This document shows positions 45,319 to 58,880 of a DNA stretch of 64,000 nucleotides, one piece after another. Source of the stretch: Amoebidium appalachense. Taxonomy: Eukaryota > Protista > Ichthyosporea. The notes beneath the pieces were generated by a model. That model saw only the letters and a program-made list of their open reading frames with translations. It did no database searches and was not told the origin of the DNA. A program made the translations under genes and the position numbers. Position 1 is the stretch's first letter. Each line of letters begins with the position of its first letter. The DNA lies in assembly GCA_963693365.1 (NCBI GenBank), contig CAVNZM010000007.1, positions 4,585,962 through 4,649,961 of the forward strand, written 5' to 3'.

Positions 45319-45354
<36 letters not shown>

Positions 45355-45460
45355 AAAGACGCCGCCTGAGTAGATGTTAAAACGTCGCACGTGCGCGGCA
45401 ACACGTCAGTACGTGTTAGCTGGTACACAGTCTGCTGAGGTTATGACACACTGGTACACA
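45033..45460. repeat. 31-bp minisatellite interrupted by a MITE
   Basis: ACAGTCTGCTGAGGTTATGACACACTGGTAC units. Confidence 0.9.
45297..45419. mobile_element. MITE copy 1 (123 bp), 9-bp TSD CTGGTACAC, Mutator-like
   Basis: Exact TSD at 45288-45296 and 45420-45428. Imperfect TIRs CTACCACCTACTGAGGCGGTG / CTAACACGTACTGACGTGTTG. Second copy at 48232. Confidence 0.88.
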
Positions 45461-45889
45461 GATACAGTAACAATCCGTTTTCAAGAACCCCCCCAAAATC
45501 TGGTCGAGGGGCATGATGTTAGATTTGGACGGTCGAGGTGGTGAATCTTATGCAGTGGTAGGCCGAAAATAAGATTATGTGGATTTTCGCCTTAGCGGGC
45601 TAGAATCTTAGTTCTGCAACCCCTAGCCCCTCCCCTCCCCCCTCCTCCATCCCCTCCCCTCCCCCCTCCCCCCCCCCCCCCCCCCCCCCCTCCCTCCTCC
45701 CCCCCCCTCTTCCCCTCTGAGCCCCCCCCCCCCCTCCCCCCTCCCCCCCCCCCTCCCTCCTCCCCTCCCCCCTCTTCCCCTCTGAGCCCCCCCCCCTCCC
45801 CCCTCCCCCCCCCCCCCTCCCTCCTCCCCTCCCCCCCTCTTCCCCCTCTGAGCCCCCCCCCCCCCCCCCCCCCCCCCCCGGCCCGGGGC

Positions 45890-45921
<32 letters not shown>

Positions 45922-46739
45922 CGCCTGCCCCACGGGCCTCTGAACACACGGCCTTGGCGCAGGAGATTAGTGTAACGTCATCGATTTTAGATTCAACTGA
46001 TCGGAGTCGTGCATAATGATAGCGTTTCCCTTTCGAAACATGCAAGAAACAACTGCAAGGCAAAACCGTAGCGCACACTAACCGAAAAATAATAAAATAA
46101 CAAAAACGTTCGTGCAGTAAAAACATACATACATATTTTATACAAACTTTCGTACATATTCTATGGCATTTTCTACTACTGGCCGCTCACTGTGCCAACT
46201 CCGGATCCTTCTCATCTACCTCACATTTAGCCTAGATCTGCCTCTATAGGAGCTAACCAGGTCGAGCATCCTGAGTTGCTGCAATATCAGCGAGAAATAA
46301 GTGTGGATCAAAGCTGAGTACTACTGCTTTTGTCGTTAATGCCAGCCTTTTCCTTCTCTTCCCTCTCATGGGCGCATGACTTATTTGTTGTTTGGTTTTT
46401 TCTTCTATCTGGCGTGTATGGGTGACACCGTGGTTTCTCGATTTTCTCAGAACCCACGAAGGCTGCAATCCCGCTCAGCATTGCTGCATTAGATGTCAAA
46501 GTCGTGCTTCTTCAAATTCTGAAAAAAAGGCAATCCGCCTCCTCCCCTCCCCCCACCCCCTTCTCCCCCCACTGTTACAGTGTCTCTCTTCCTCTCTTGC
46601 CCCTATACTTACTTTCCTTTTCTAACTCACTGCTCTCGTCCCGTGTCATACTCACCCATACAAAACCTCTCACGCTGTCCCCTGCTCCCTCCTCCCTCTC
46701 CCTCTTTCCTACGTCCGTCCCTGTCTTTCCTCTCTCTCT

Positions 46740-46749
46740 TCCCACCCCC

Positions 46750-46817
<68 letters not shown>

Positions 46818-47085
46818 CCCCGCCGCCGCCCCTCCCGCCCCCCGCCCCTCAATATCTTATAGCCCATTGGATGGCCGTTCATGGAATATATACCTCCCTC
46901 CTGTTCCCCTTTTCTTGAGTCCTCCAGGCTCTTATGTCTGTCAATGCAGAAACCCTCCTGGAAAGAAATTCACATACTTCAACCCCCCCCCCCCCCCCCC
47001 CCCCCGCCCTTCTCTATAGGCTTCCCCTGCCTCCCCTCCCTCGGCCTATACTCTATCTCGGTCCCCCCATTCCTCCGCCGGACCA

Positions 47086-47135
<50 letters not shown>

Positions 47136-47459
47136 ACTCTCCCTCTCACACACACACACTCCCTCACTCCTTCCGTCTCTCTCTCCTCCCCCCCCCCCCC
47201 CCCCTCCCACCCAAACCTCTATTCCCTTCTCTCTTCTCTCTCCTCCGCTTTCTGTCTCTCTATCTCCCTTCTCCTATGCCTTTTCGGGGGCCCCCCAGGC
47301 CCTGTGTCTGGTGACGCAAGCAACCCCCATGACCCGCAAAAAAGCTCAACTCGAAGCCCTCTCCCCTACCTCCCTTCCTCCCTCAGCCTTCCCCACTCCC
47401 TCCCTCCCTCGGCCTCCCTCCCTCCTTTCCTTTTCCTCACACACCCACACTCTCGCCAA

Positions 47460-47496
<37 letters not shown>

Positions 47497-47580
47497 CCCC
47501 CCCCCCCCCCCCCCCCCTCTCTCTCTCCCCATCTCTTGCTCTTGCTCTCGCTCCCCCCCCCCCCCCCCCCCCTTTCTCGC

Positions 47581-47614
<34 letters not shown>

Positions 47615-47640
47615 ACCCACCCACCCCCTCCCTCCCCCCC
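46740..47640. repeat. C/T-rich low-complexity block with long poly-C runs
   Basis: Poly-C of about 65 nt and (CT)n tracts. Confidence 0.9.
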
Positions 47641-48231
47641 GCTATGGTTGGCACAGACGGCCCAGTGTATACACTTCTGTGCTTCAGTTGCTGTTTTTTT
47701 TGGACTGGCGCCATAACTTAGAGGGTCATCAGCTGGGCCGCACGTGAAGGGGCATGGGTTCCGCCCTGAAGTTTCGCAGACTGAATTCATTCATAAAGTA
47801 ATCAGCGTCCACATTGTTTGGCACAATATTTTCAAAGGCCGCTTTAGAAGCGTGTTTGCCTTCGTGACAGCATATGCAAGTCGTTCTTCACACAGAGACG
47901 GGTCCAACGAATAAAGAGAAGCTCGCAAACGTTAACACGTTCAGAGTCAAGCTGGCTGTTTTCCTTCTCAGCGATCCTCATCTGCGGTCGTATGTGAGAT
48001 TCTACACTATTATTGTGTCTGCGCCTTCTTATTATTATTATTGTTTTCTAAAACAAGCATGCGTCACGGGTGAGTAATAGTAAAGTGAAAGCTTTTTCGT
48101 GAGTGACCCGTACGTTTACTGGCACGTACTGACGTTGCCTGGGCTCCTATGAACTTGCCGTTCGCCTCACGATTTTTCCTTACACTCTCGCGACCGCATG
48201 GATGCTTTCTCTCGCGGCGGCTCTACGGTCC

Positions 48232-48343
48232 CTACCACCTACTGAGGCGGTGTCTCCTTTCTTTTTTTTTTTTTTCACTTAAAAGGGACCGCCTGAGTAG
48301 ATGTATAACGTCGCACGTGCGGCAACACGTCAGTACGTGTTAG
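48232..48343. mobile_element. MITE copy 2 (112 bp), 9-bp TSD CTACGGTCC
   Basis: Exact TSD at 48223-48231 and 48344-48352. Same termini and internal poly-T as copy 1. Confidence 0.88.
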
Positions 48344-48934
48344 CTACGGTCCCGAGAGTCCAGTGTTCGCTGTAGATGTAAGGAAAAATACGAGTCACCT
48401 ACTGAGGTGACAGGTACGTTTACGGGAGGCAGCCAGTCATCGATCTTCGCCCACGCCCTTCACAACGCAGCAATCTACAATCAGTTGAATCTTGAAAGCG
48501 GCTCACGAGTGACGTTCAGGACCAAGGCCGTGTGTCGTGGCCTGCCCGCTTACTGTGTTATGTGCCGCAGTTGCAGTTTCTGTGCAGAAAATCGTCTGTA
48601 TATGCATGCGCCTGCAGTAAAGCTTTTTTGGTGTCCAGAGCCTGTGAGCTCTGTGTGTACGTGTGAATTCTGTGTACGTGTGCTGCGGTTTATGTGTGTG
48701 TGGCATCATAATGGCTATGTGTGTGTGTGTACCGTAGTTGTGTGTGTCTGTGTACCCATGTGTATGGTGTGCCTGTGTCTGTGTGTCACATAATTTGTGT
48801 TGGTGGCGTGTGTGTGCCTGCGTGTGTGCGTGCGCATGCGCCAGTGTGTTTGTGAGAGTGTGTGCCACTGTGTGTATGAGTGTGCTTGTGTGTGTGTGCG
48901 CGCGCTCTTGTGTGTGGGGGGGGGGGGGGGGTGT

Positions 48935-48966
<32 letters not shown>

Positions 48967-49291
48967 GCGTGTCCGCGTGCGTGTGTGACTGTAGTGCATG
49001 CTCTTCAAAACCAAAGATCGACACTTGTAGTAGGCAAACGAAGCAGCAAAAACTTCAGCAATCTGTCTGAAGGAAACAAAAAACCAACACACAACAACAC
49101 CAAGAAAGCAAATTAAAATAAGAGCAAATTAAAATCAAAAATTAAAGTTCATCTTTTTCAAGCAACCAAAACAAGGCAAGTGCACATTCATTGAACAAGC
49201 TGCTGTTACAGTCACCTCCCACACCACCCCAGAAAAAGGCCCCATGCCTCAGGGGGGTAGTTTTTTTTTTTTTTTTTTTTTTTTTGCGCGG

Positions 49292-49326
<35 letters not shown>

Positions 49327-49706
49327 GTCAGCACAGATGAGTGTGCCGGTCGACGGTCCGGAGTATGGGAACCAAGATGTGTGGGTACGGTGTGTGTGTC
49401 TGTCTATGTGTGTGTGTGCGTGCGGTGTGTGTGTGCGCGTGTGCAGTGAGTCTTGTGTGTGTGTGTGGGGGGGGGGGGAGGGGAGGGGGGAGGAGAGGGG
49501 GGGGGGGGGGGGGGGGGGGAGGCTGTATACCACGGTGTGTGTCTGTATGCACGTGCGCCCGTGCACTTACGTGGATGTGTCACGTGTGCGCCCGGTTCGG
49601 ACACAAAAAATCTCCAAAAGACAGTGTTCATCAGTGCAGTCGAACGGATTTCAATCGATTTTAAAAACTTTGAACAACGCAACAGTTACCTTTCAGAAAC
49701 CCAAAG

Positions 49707-49958
49707 ATGATGCCGATATCATCTACTCAATAATTCAAAACAAGGATAGTGTCCGTCCAAACATGATGCCGATATCATCTACTCAATAATTCAAAACAAG
49801 GATAGTGTCCGTCCAAACATGATGCCGATATCATAAACTCAATAATTCAAAACAAGGATACTGTCCGTCCAAGCAGGTTGTCGATATCATCTATTCAATA
49901 ATTCAAAACAAGGATAGTGTCCGTCCAAACATGATGCCGATATCATCTACTCAGTAAT
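49707..49958. repeat. 56-bp tandem repeat x4.5
   Basis: ATGATGCCGATATCATCTACTCAATAATTCAAAACAAGGATAGTGTCCGTCCAAAC; period 56 (49707, 49763, ...). Confidence 0.92.
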
Positions 49959-50547
49959 TCCTCGTCCTGCTCCTCCCACGCCATTATGTACAAAAAGGCC
50001 CCACGGGTCGGGATCCGGATAAAGGGGGAGGAGAGCTGTGAGATCAAAAAATCCCCTTCTACTTCCCTTCAGAAAATTCCCCATGTTTCCATATTTCACA
50101 AACACTAGTGGCCGCGCTTACATTAAATGGAAACCATCACGATGTTGTACATGTTCAATACAGGTCCCTGCTCACTGCAACCATGTACGGCCGCATAAGG
50201 GCCCTAAAGTATGAGCCGAATTCATAAAGAAACACTTGGGGCAGTCTTGGCTCAGGCTGGCACACTGCACGTGCCATGCATGCGTGCAAAATTGATCAGC
50301 GGATCCCGGCACCGACAACATACAAATGTATACAGGTAAGCCCTTCGTGATTGGTGGATTGGGCCTGGGGCTGAACACTTGGGGGGAAGGGGGGAGGGGG
50401 AGGGGGGAAGGGGCGACACCACCACTACCGTGGACCACCACAACCACCAACCACCAACCACCAACAAGGAATAGGGGGAAAGTGGCGACAGGGCCAGTGT
50501 GTGAGTGTGTATGCGTACGTGTGTGTGTGTGTGTGCGTGTGCGTCAC

Positions 50548-50669
<122 letters not shown>

Positions 50670-51555
50670 CCTGTGTGTGTTTGTTTGTGCTTGGTGGTGG
50701 TGGTGGGTAAGGGGCCCGGGTACCATATCAGGAGCGGGCAACTTTTGAATTCTCCCTCCCCGGCCCCGCCGGGGAAAATTTGAGGTTTTTGGACCTCAAA
50801 GAAGTCAAATCCTGCAAAATCCACTACCGGGAGGCCAAAAAGGGTGATTTCACAAAAAAGGAGGGTCATACATGAAAAAGAGAAAATGGGCGAGTTCAGT
50901 GGGCTGCCGATAAGTATATTTCGTGCTGGGCCGGTATACATGCTGCCGTGGTTGTTGCTGTAGACAGCAGTATGGCATTGCATGTGTCACGTGACCTGCA
51001 CGTGAATGCGACCATGTGCAGGCACTGAGTCTAGGGGGATTTGTGTGTGTGTTTTGGAGCACCGACAAGGCAGAGCCAGGGTGAGGGATGTGTAAACATG
51101 GAGTTTAGGGAGATCGTCCTGCTATTGTAACATGTGCACAAAACAGCCACGTGCACCACACTCCGGTGTACAGAACAATAATATGCACATGCGTCACTGT
51201 AATATCATGTATGCGCATGCCGCACAAGGTTTAGGAGACCACCACAGTATATACTATTTTCTTTTGGTTGATATCCATGTAGGAATGGTGTGTTGCAGTT
51301 GTCATGATCAGCCTGAGGCAGGCACGTGCACTCACTGAATTACTAGAACTCATGAATAAGGTAAATTTGGGGCCAAGCTATTATTTCCCCCTTTTAAACG
51401 TTTTTTTAGCTCCAAGAACTTCGACGCCAAATTTCTATATTGGGCCATCGTATATGATAATGAACACGTGTACTTAAAGTAGTTATATAAATATGAGCGG
51501 CCCGTTACAAATACAGTGACGAAAAACAGTGACCCACGAGCAGTTTTTCTTTCTA

Positions 51556-51604
<49 letters not shown>

Positions 51605-52351
51605 ACACACCAGACACACACACCACCACCACGGTGACCACCACCACCACCACCACCACCACTCACCCCCCCAAAAAACCACACACATACGTGCACGTGT
51701 ACAGAGACACACAGAACACCACCACCACCTCCACTGGACCCCATTTCCTCGTTGTTTTCTTAAGCCTTCAGACCAGTCCTGTACACTGCCAGTGGAGTTA
51801 AACAATTGAATTCACCTAGGCTGACATGCATCCATGCATGTGCCGCAAGATAACAACCCTATATGTGTGCAGCTGCAGCCTGCAGGCTAGACTCGCTGAA
51901 AAGACAATTGTCAGTGTGCATCCGACGCTTGCAGCTGCAGCTAGCCTCTGCAACATTAATACTTGCCAAGTGAATGCTCTTACACTTGATCATCATTCAC
52001 TCAAAAAACCGAGGACCGACAGATTAAATATTAATGTCGATCCGAATGATCAGCAAGTGTCTATGTGTACTACTATATACACACACACGTAAAAAGCGAA
52101 GCTATCAGTTACAAGGCACACCTGCTGCACCGGCACACATACACATACACACCGGCAGATCGATGCTGTCAAAACTTACTTTCATGTACTTCGTAGGTCC
52201 GACACAGGTGCACATGAACACGTACATATGTACAAGCCGCGCGCACACCACACCACACATACACACGCACACACACTCACACACACACACACGCACACAC
52301 GCACACACGCACGCACGCACACACACACACGCACACACGCACGCACGCGCG

Positions 52352-52396
<45 letters not shown>

Positions 52397-52821
52397 ACAC
52401 ACACACACACACATCACTGGGTGCGCTCGCTGGGGATTAGTTTTTTGGCACACTGTTGACTTTATCGTGTGTTTATTATTTGCTATTTATTGGCCAGCGG
52501 CCAACATTTAAAAATATATATACCTAAAAATAAATACTGACTGCGGCCAGCAGACATTATACACCTTCCAGGACACATTAACACCAATAGTCTAACACAC
52601 CATACTCTCGATCACAAGAATTACTAACAAACAGAGAAAAGTGCAAAGGCTCTGTACTATTACTCAGATTCTAAATTTTAATTCTTAACAGTAAACTTCG
52701 GAATGAAAGCTAGCCCCCCCCCCCCCCCCCCCCCCCCCCCAACATGACTGTACGAAGAACAGGTATAACTTGAAGCACTACAACACATATGAGATCCGTT
52801 ACATTGGTGTACATTCCAATA

Positions 52822-54270
52822 TTAGACACTAGTTTGGCTACTCTGACTACTCTGAGATCCTAATTGGCTGCCTGCAGACTTGCGGCCACGATTACTTTGC
52901 TTTCGATCGTGCCATTGCAGCTGCGTCTCTCCAGCAGGTGGCAACGCCAGGCCCAGCAGAGCAGATGCACGAGAAGGGGGTGGGAACTGCCCACCAGCCG
53001 AGGGCTGGCCCACATGGCCCAAGTAAGGATGGGGACCGTGCTGCGGCAGTAGCCCAGGCATGGGGAAGGCAGGGCCGGGCTGAGGCGGCATGATGTCCCA
53101 CGGTGGGGGCCAGCCATGTGGGTGGTGCGGGCCTGGATGGGGTGCAGGGGGCATGTGCGGCACATGGCCCTGCTGCATGTCAAGCGCGGGTGCTGGTGGC
53201 ATGGCATCCTGATTGGCTGCAACCCAACGTGGGCAGCTCTTGGCCCGATTGGAGCCGGGGCAGCCCTTGCCCTGGCGGCCACACGTCTTGCAGGTCTTGG
53301 GGGGCTCTCTGGGGTGGCTGCATAGGAGGGGGCACCGGCAAATCCATCTGCAGGGGCCCCTCAGGGCCAATGTTGCGATGCTTCTTGCCCACACGCATGG
53401 GCAAGGGCCGCTCACGCTGCGCCCCTGCATCGACACCGTCTGGAACAGGGAGGGGTGGCAGGGAGGCAGGCCGTATGGTTGCTGGCACAGCGTCTGCCCT
53501 CTCCTCGCGCATACGCTTGCGGTGATCTGCCAGGCCCTCGTGTGTGGAGCGCTGTGCATGTGCCGTCTGCCAGGTCTTCCACTTGTCGAAATGCTTCTTG
53601 ATGTAGGCCGCATCCTTCATGTAGATTCCCCCAGCCACAGAGGCAGCCTTGTTGAAGTCTTGGGCCAAAGCCTCGAACAGCTGGCCGTTGGGCTTTGCAT
53701 GTGCCTTGTAGGTGCCCAGGAGCAGCGTGCTGAATAGCTTGCGCTCCTGAGGGGTAAGCACCGGAAGGAAGGGGATGGCCACATGTTGCTTCTGCGCCAG
53801 GAACTTGTAGTCGCCCCTCAGTGCAGGGTCCGGCTGTGGTGTACCACGCGCCACCTGGTTGCCCCCCCCCATGGCAGCACCGTCACCCTCCTCGACCTCA
53901 CAGTCCTCTGGCCCGCCCATCACGCCATTGGCTGCAGGGTCGTTGTTATCAGACGGAGGTGGGGGTGCGGGCACCGCAACTGGCTCCTGCGCCGGGGCAT
54001 TGGCCACACAGGAGAGCGGGGCAAAGTTGAAGTACTCCTCCGGTAGCTTGTAGCAGCCTACGGGTACCCACTGGGGGTCGAGGTGATGGCCGTACAGCAT
54101 CAGCGCCAGTGCCTCCATGTCGTCAACAATCCGGGGGCTGTAGTGGGGGGGCCCCGATGCCTGGCCCAGGCGGTTGCGGTAGTGTGCACGCAGGTTGTGG
54201 CGGTGGCGCCTATTGGACATGGTGGCGTCCAGCAGGCGCAGCGACATGCGTGTGGCCCCAAAGTGGGTGG
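52822..54270 (-). pseudogene. 5'-truncated, intronless, probably DNA-transposon-derived ORF with a C-terminal Cys knuckle; frameshift in the C6 run at ~53300
   Basis: 355-aa ORF (RHRHN...RNRLG...PPHYSPRIVD, FLAQKQHVAIPFLPVLTPQERKLF, LAQDFN...IYMKD...IKKHFDKW) continues in a shifted frame as KTCKTCGRQGKGCPGSNRAKSCP. From recall, this resembles the C-terminal half of fungal/oomycete transposon-associated proteins; not searched. Confidence 0.5.
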
Positions 54271-54813
54271 CCAGGGGGTTGGAGTTGGAGGGGGCGTTGG
54301 AGGCACGGGGTCGGGAGTAGGGGGGGGGGGGTCGGGGGGAGGGAGGGGTTTCAGAAAAATCTTATTATTTTTATGATGGCTCTTGACAGGCGGGTCTAGA
54401 CCACTAGAATTTCATATTATCAAGAATTTCTAGTGCTACAATCTTATTAGAGGAAACTCTTATATGTAGCCTGCCCCTGTAGGCGCTCCGCTGCCGGGGG
54501 GGTTTGAATGCGGAACACGGTACGAAGTACGCATACACGAAGGACACATGCAAAGGCAAACATTCAAGTATGCAACATCAGCCATGCTCACAGTATGCGT
54601 CATAAGCATAGCCCATCCTCAGGGAGGGCCCAAGCCATCAATTGCGTCCGAGTTTCGACCCCTTAGCCCGCGTATATACGACTCTCCAACTCTAGACAGG
54701 AGAATCAACTGAACTTGGGAGGGTCAACCCGTCTTGATCAAAGACGAGCAGGGTTGCTTATGCAAGCAAGGTGAGCAAAACGGTGAATATGTGTAGGCAC
54801 TCCGTGGTGGGTG

Positions 54814-54846
<33 letters not shown>

Positions 54847-55755
54847 AAGAGCTTTATGTATGTACACAGGAATGAGCAGCCAGCACATGCATGTAGGTGG
54901 CACTGACACAATGATTTTGAAGTGTGGTCACCGTGCATGATCCAACATGGTTTTTTTCATCCGTCCGCCAATAAGATCATCCCGAAATCCGGTCGGGGGT
55001 CATCATCTCAATAAAATCCAATTTTGCCGGGGACGAAATCTCAATGGCGGCGAATCTTCATGGCAGATGGTTTCTGCACATGCTGCTGAAGCCTTGACAC
55101 ACTGGTAGAGAGTTAACACCCACTGCTTACACCGTGCAGGGCCAACAGTGCACAACGTTAACAGTCGGTGGCCTGAGCAGGCACATTGCAAGATGGCCTG
55201 TAGCAGGCGCATCGCCTGACAGGCCCCATGGGCCCAGAAGGCCTACAGCTGACGTATGTGTGTGCTGGCTGGTTTGAATGCCACAGTCCAGACTGCCCTG
55301 CAAAGGGCAAAAGACTGGCGGAACTTGCATGCCATTTACTTCATACAGTGAGAGGCAGTTGGGAAGCAACAAGGCACATGTCCATATTCGATCAACACAT
55401 CCACAGGCGGTGATCACTAGTATGTACTATAATTAACATACATAACGGTAGTCTAAGAGGTCTACAACCCCCATACGGCAGTACATTTCAAGGTGGTGTG
55501 TGCACACCCCGTATGCAGCCACAGGGCTCGTCTGAATGACCCTATGTACGTCGAGTGGAAACTCGTGTTTGTGGTAGGCACACGGTGCCGGCCTACACCA
55601 CACACCAACCAATACAGCCACAGACAAATGCTGCTCCTTTGTGTTCTTGCTTTGCTGAATGCATGTGGGCCAGTGCTCCTTGATACCACAGGCCTGGCAG
55701 TCACCTTGGTGTGCCCCCACATGCACTATCCCAGCATGGTGCCACCCCACCCGCC

Positions 55756-56762
55756 CTACCGCGTGGTGTTGCACAGGAAGTGCACTATGTCCCCCTCCTG
55801 CATCACATAGCCCTTGCCTTCCGTCCGTAGCTTGCCCTGTGCCCCTGTCAGCCCTGCTAGTCCCGCCCCCATCACCACCACGACCCCCCAGGGCAGCCAG
55901 TCACCTGTGCACGCACGGCCTGCATTGTCGTACAGTCCACCAGGTCCTGCACGCTGCACACCTCTGCACGCACAAAGCCCCTCTGCAGGTCGCTGTGGAT
56001 CACCCCTGCCTGCCCCCAGTCAGCACCCCCTTGCCTGCAAGTGGCCCCTAGCTGCAGCCATGACCACTGCAACACGGTTTGGCCCTTTTATGGGTGCTAT
56101 TTGCATGTGTGCGCAGGCAGGGGGGGGAGGGGAGAGGGGGAGGGGGGGTGCTGCTCACTGCTTCTGGTGCCGTAGCACCTCTGCGCACGGGCCATGCACG
56201 GATCTCCTTCTCGCCTGCCGTGTAGAAGGACTGCAGCCCCAGCAGAGAGTAGATGGCCCGCCCTACGGCCGCTGTAAGCCATACCTGTCAGCTAATTACA
56301 TCCCCCCTCCCACCACCACCACCACCATCACCCACAAGCCCGGATGCGCACACACACGCACGCACACACACGCACACACACACCCACCCACACACGCACA
56401 CACACACACCCACCTACACCCCTGCTGTCCTCGTCCACCCCCAGCAGCTCCAGCATCTCTTTCTTCTCCTCCGCCTCATCGATGGCTGTCAGGTCCGCCT
56501 CTGCAGCCCCCCCCTCTGTTTTCCTCCCCGCAACACTGCATATCATAACATCCACTCTGATCCCAGCCCCCTTCCCCCCCCCCCCCCCACCCGCCCATCC
56601 GGCCGCAACACCACACTATACCCCCCCTCCCCCCTTCTACAGCACATAATGCCGCACGGACCTGTGGATGCACTGACCATGCACAGGGCTGCACCGTGGC
56701 TGTCCACATGCGCCCTGAGCGCCTCTAGCTGCCCCACCTGCCTGCAAATCAGTTTCATTCTC

Positions 56763-56795
<33 letters not shown>

Positions 56796-56925
56796 ACACA
56801 CACACACCTGTGAGCCTGCGGCCAGTGCCGCCGCCTGGCTGTCATCTATGTTGGCCACATACAGCATGGGCTTGGCCGTCAGCAGCCCCAGCCGCTGGAT
56901 ACCCAGTCAGCAGAGGGCCCCCCAC

Positions 56926-56960
<35 letters not shown>

Positions 56961-58348
56961 CTCCCCGCCCCCCCCACGAACACACGCACCCCCGCACACA
57001 CGCTCACCCCCCCCCCCCCCCCCCCCCCCCCCCCCACACACACACCCTGCATATGGTTGCATCTGCTGCTGGTGCACTGGCCTCTAGCAGCGTGCGGATG
57101 GGTTGGTCCCTGTCGATGGCCTGCACACAGTCAGCCAACCCCCTCCTCCCCCTCCCCTCTCCCCCCCCCTTCCCCCTCCCTCCCCTGCCCACCACCACCG
57201 CCCTTCCCCCGTGGCCTACCTGCTGGCAGGCCAGGAGGGTGGAATAGACCTTCTCATCGTCGGCCGTCTTCTTTTTTTTGCTGCAAGAAGGCCCCCCCGT
57301 TAGCCCACGCCCCCTCCCTCCCCCCTCCCCGCCTCCCCCTTCCCCACCCCCGGGAGGCCACGCACCCAGCCTTCTGCAGGGCATTGCTGACTGTCTCTGC
57401 ATCCTTCAGCAGCAGCTCGGTCTCTATGACCTCTGCATCCCGCCTGCTGTCCACCCCCCCGTCCACGTGTGTGATGCCTGGCCCCTCGAAGCAGCGCACC
57501 ACGTGCAGTATGGCGTCCACCTGCAGCCCCTGTCAGCCAGTCGTGCCCCCACCGTGCCTGCAGGCAGGCCCAGGCACACACCTCGCGTATGTGCGACAGA
57601 AACTTGTTGCCCAGCCCCTTGCCCTCGCTGGCCCCCCTGCCACCTCACGTCAGCCCGGCCTTCCTACCCAGCCCCCTCCCTGCTGCGTGTGCTCCCTCCA
57701 GCCGTGTTCACGCACTTGACTATGCCGGCTATATCCTGCACGCCCAGGGGGTATCAGTGGCCTGTCCTGGTCCCAGGGGGGGTTTGCCAAGGGCACACAC
57801 CACCAGGCGCACGTGGGCCGGCACGAGGGTGCTGCTGTGCACGTGCTGCTGGATGGTGCGCAGGTTGGCATCGTGCACGGCGTGTATGCCCGTGTTGGGC
57901 TGCAGCAACCCGTCAGCCTCCCTCCCTCCCCAACCCCTCGTCCCCACCAGCGGCCTTTCACCTCGATAGTGCAGAAGGGGAAGTTGCTGGCCGCAGCACC
58001 GGCCTTGGTCAGGGCGTTGAACAGCGTGCTCTTGCCCACGTTGGGCAGCCCCACTATCCCCGCCTGCCCGGAACCTCTCAACAGTCAGCAGCCGCTCCCG
58101 CTACACAGCCACGCTATGCAAAGGCACAGTAATACATGAGCAAAAAACATCACACCAACACAAGCCCGTGCGTTGAACCCTCTGAGCCTTCCCCCTCCAC
58201 ACACACGCACATGCACACACAAGCACACACACACACGCAGCCACGCAGCACGCACCTCCAGGGAGGACAGGGAGGCCCGTGGCGGGCTGCTGCTGAACCC
58301 CCGCCGCAGCAGGCCGGCGCCCACCCTGCACGCTGCAGTCCCAACCAT
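55756..58348 (-). CDS. ychF: YchF/OLA1 Obg-family NTPase with a probable mitochondrial presequence, ~14 exons
   Basis: [26 protein letters not shown]|PN, DIAGIVK|[18 protein letters not shown]|[67 protein letters not shown]. The N-terminus [21 protein letters not shown] is Arg/Ser-rich with no acidic residues. Confidence 0.94.
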
Positions 58349-58880
58349 AGTGCCCGCACAGACAGGCAGTGTGTGCCGCAACCACAACCCCGGAACTGGT
58401 GATAAATGGGAGCCGACACGTGACAAAAGGAGTGGTGTTTGCGCAATCACAGGTTTTATTGTTGCCTATAAATGGCGATTTTCTCCGTAAGGGTATTGGC
58501 TTTTGCAGCAATCACATTTTGATTGGCTGTAAGGGCACCTGCTAGATCACGCAGTTCTACATTTTGAAGGCCCAGCCACGCAAGGCCTCCTATTCTCCTT
58601 GCAGCCACCCAGCCACCGAACGGTTACGGATGTGACTGGACAGGCAGAGCTGTTTGTACAGTACTGAGACACAGGGAGGGATTACGCACTACACCGGGGG
58701 GGAAATTTACTGCTACGGACACAGGAGTCGACAAATTGACTTGGCCCCTGGCCAACAGCCAAAAAGCGCACGGCACACTCAGCGCACCACCTGACCCGGC
58801 GCCACCAAGCTCCATCATCGACCAACCCAGTAATGCCTGTACGTGCGCGTGTGCAGGGCAGGGCATAGGCCGCAGGCAGC

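Noticed and set aside
50706-50940. MITE-like segment
   Set aside because: Terminal similarity is too weak, and no TSD or second copy is visible.
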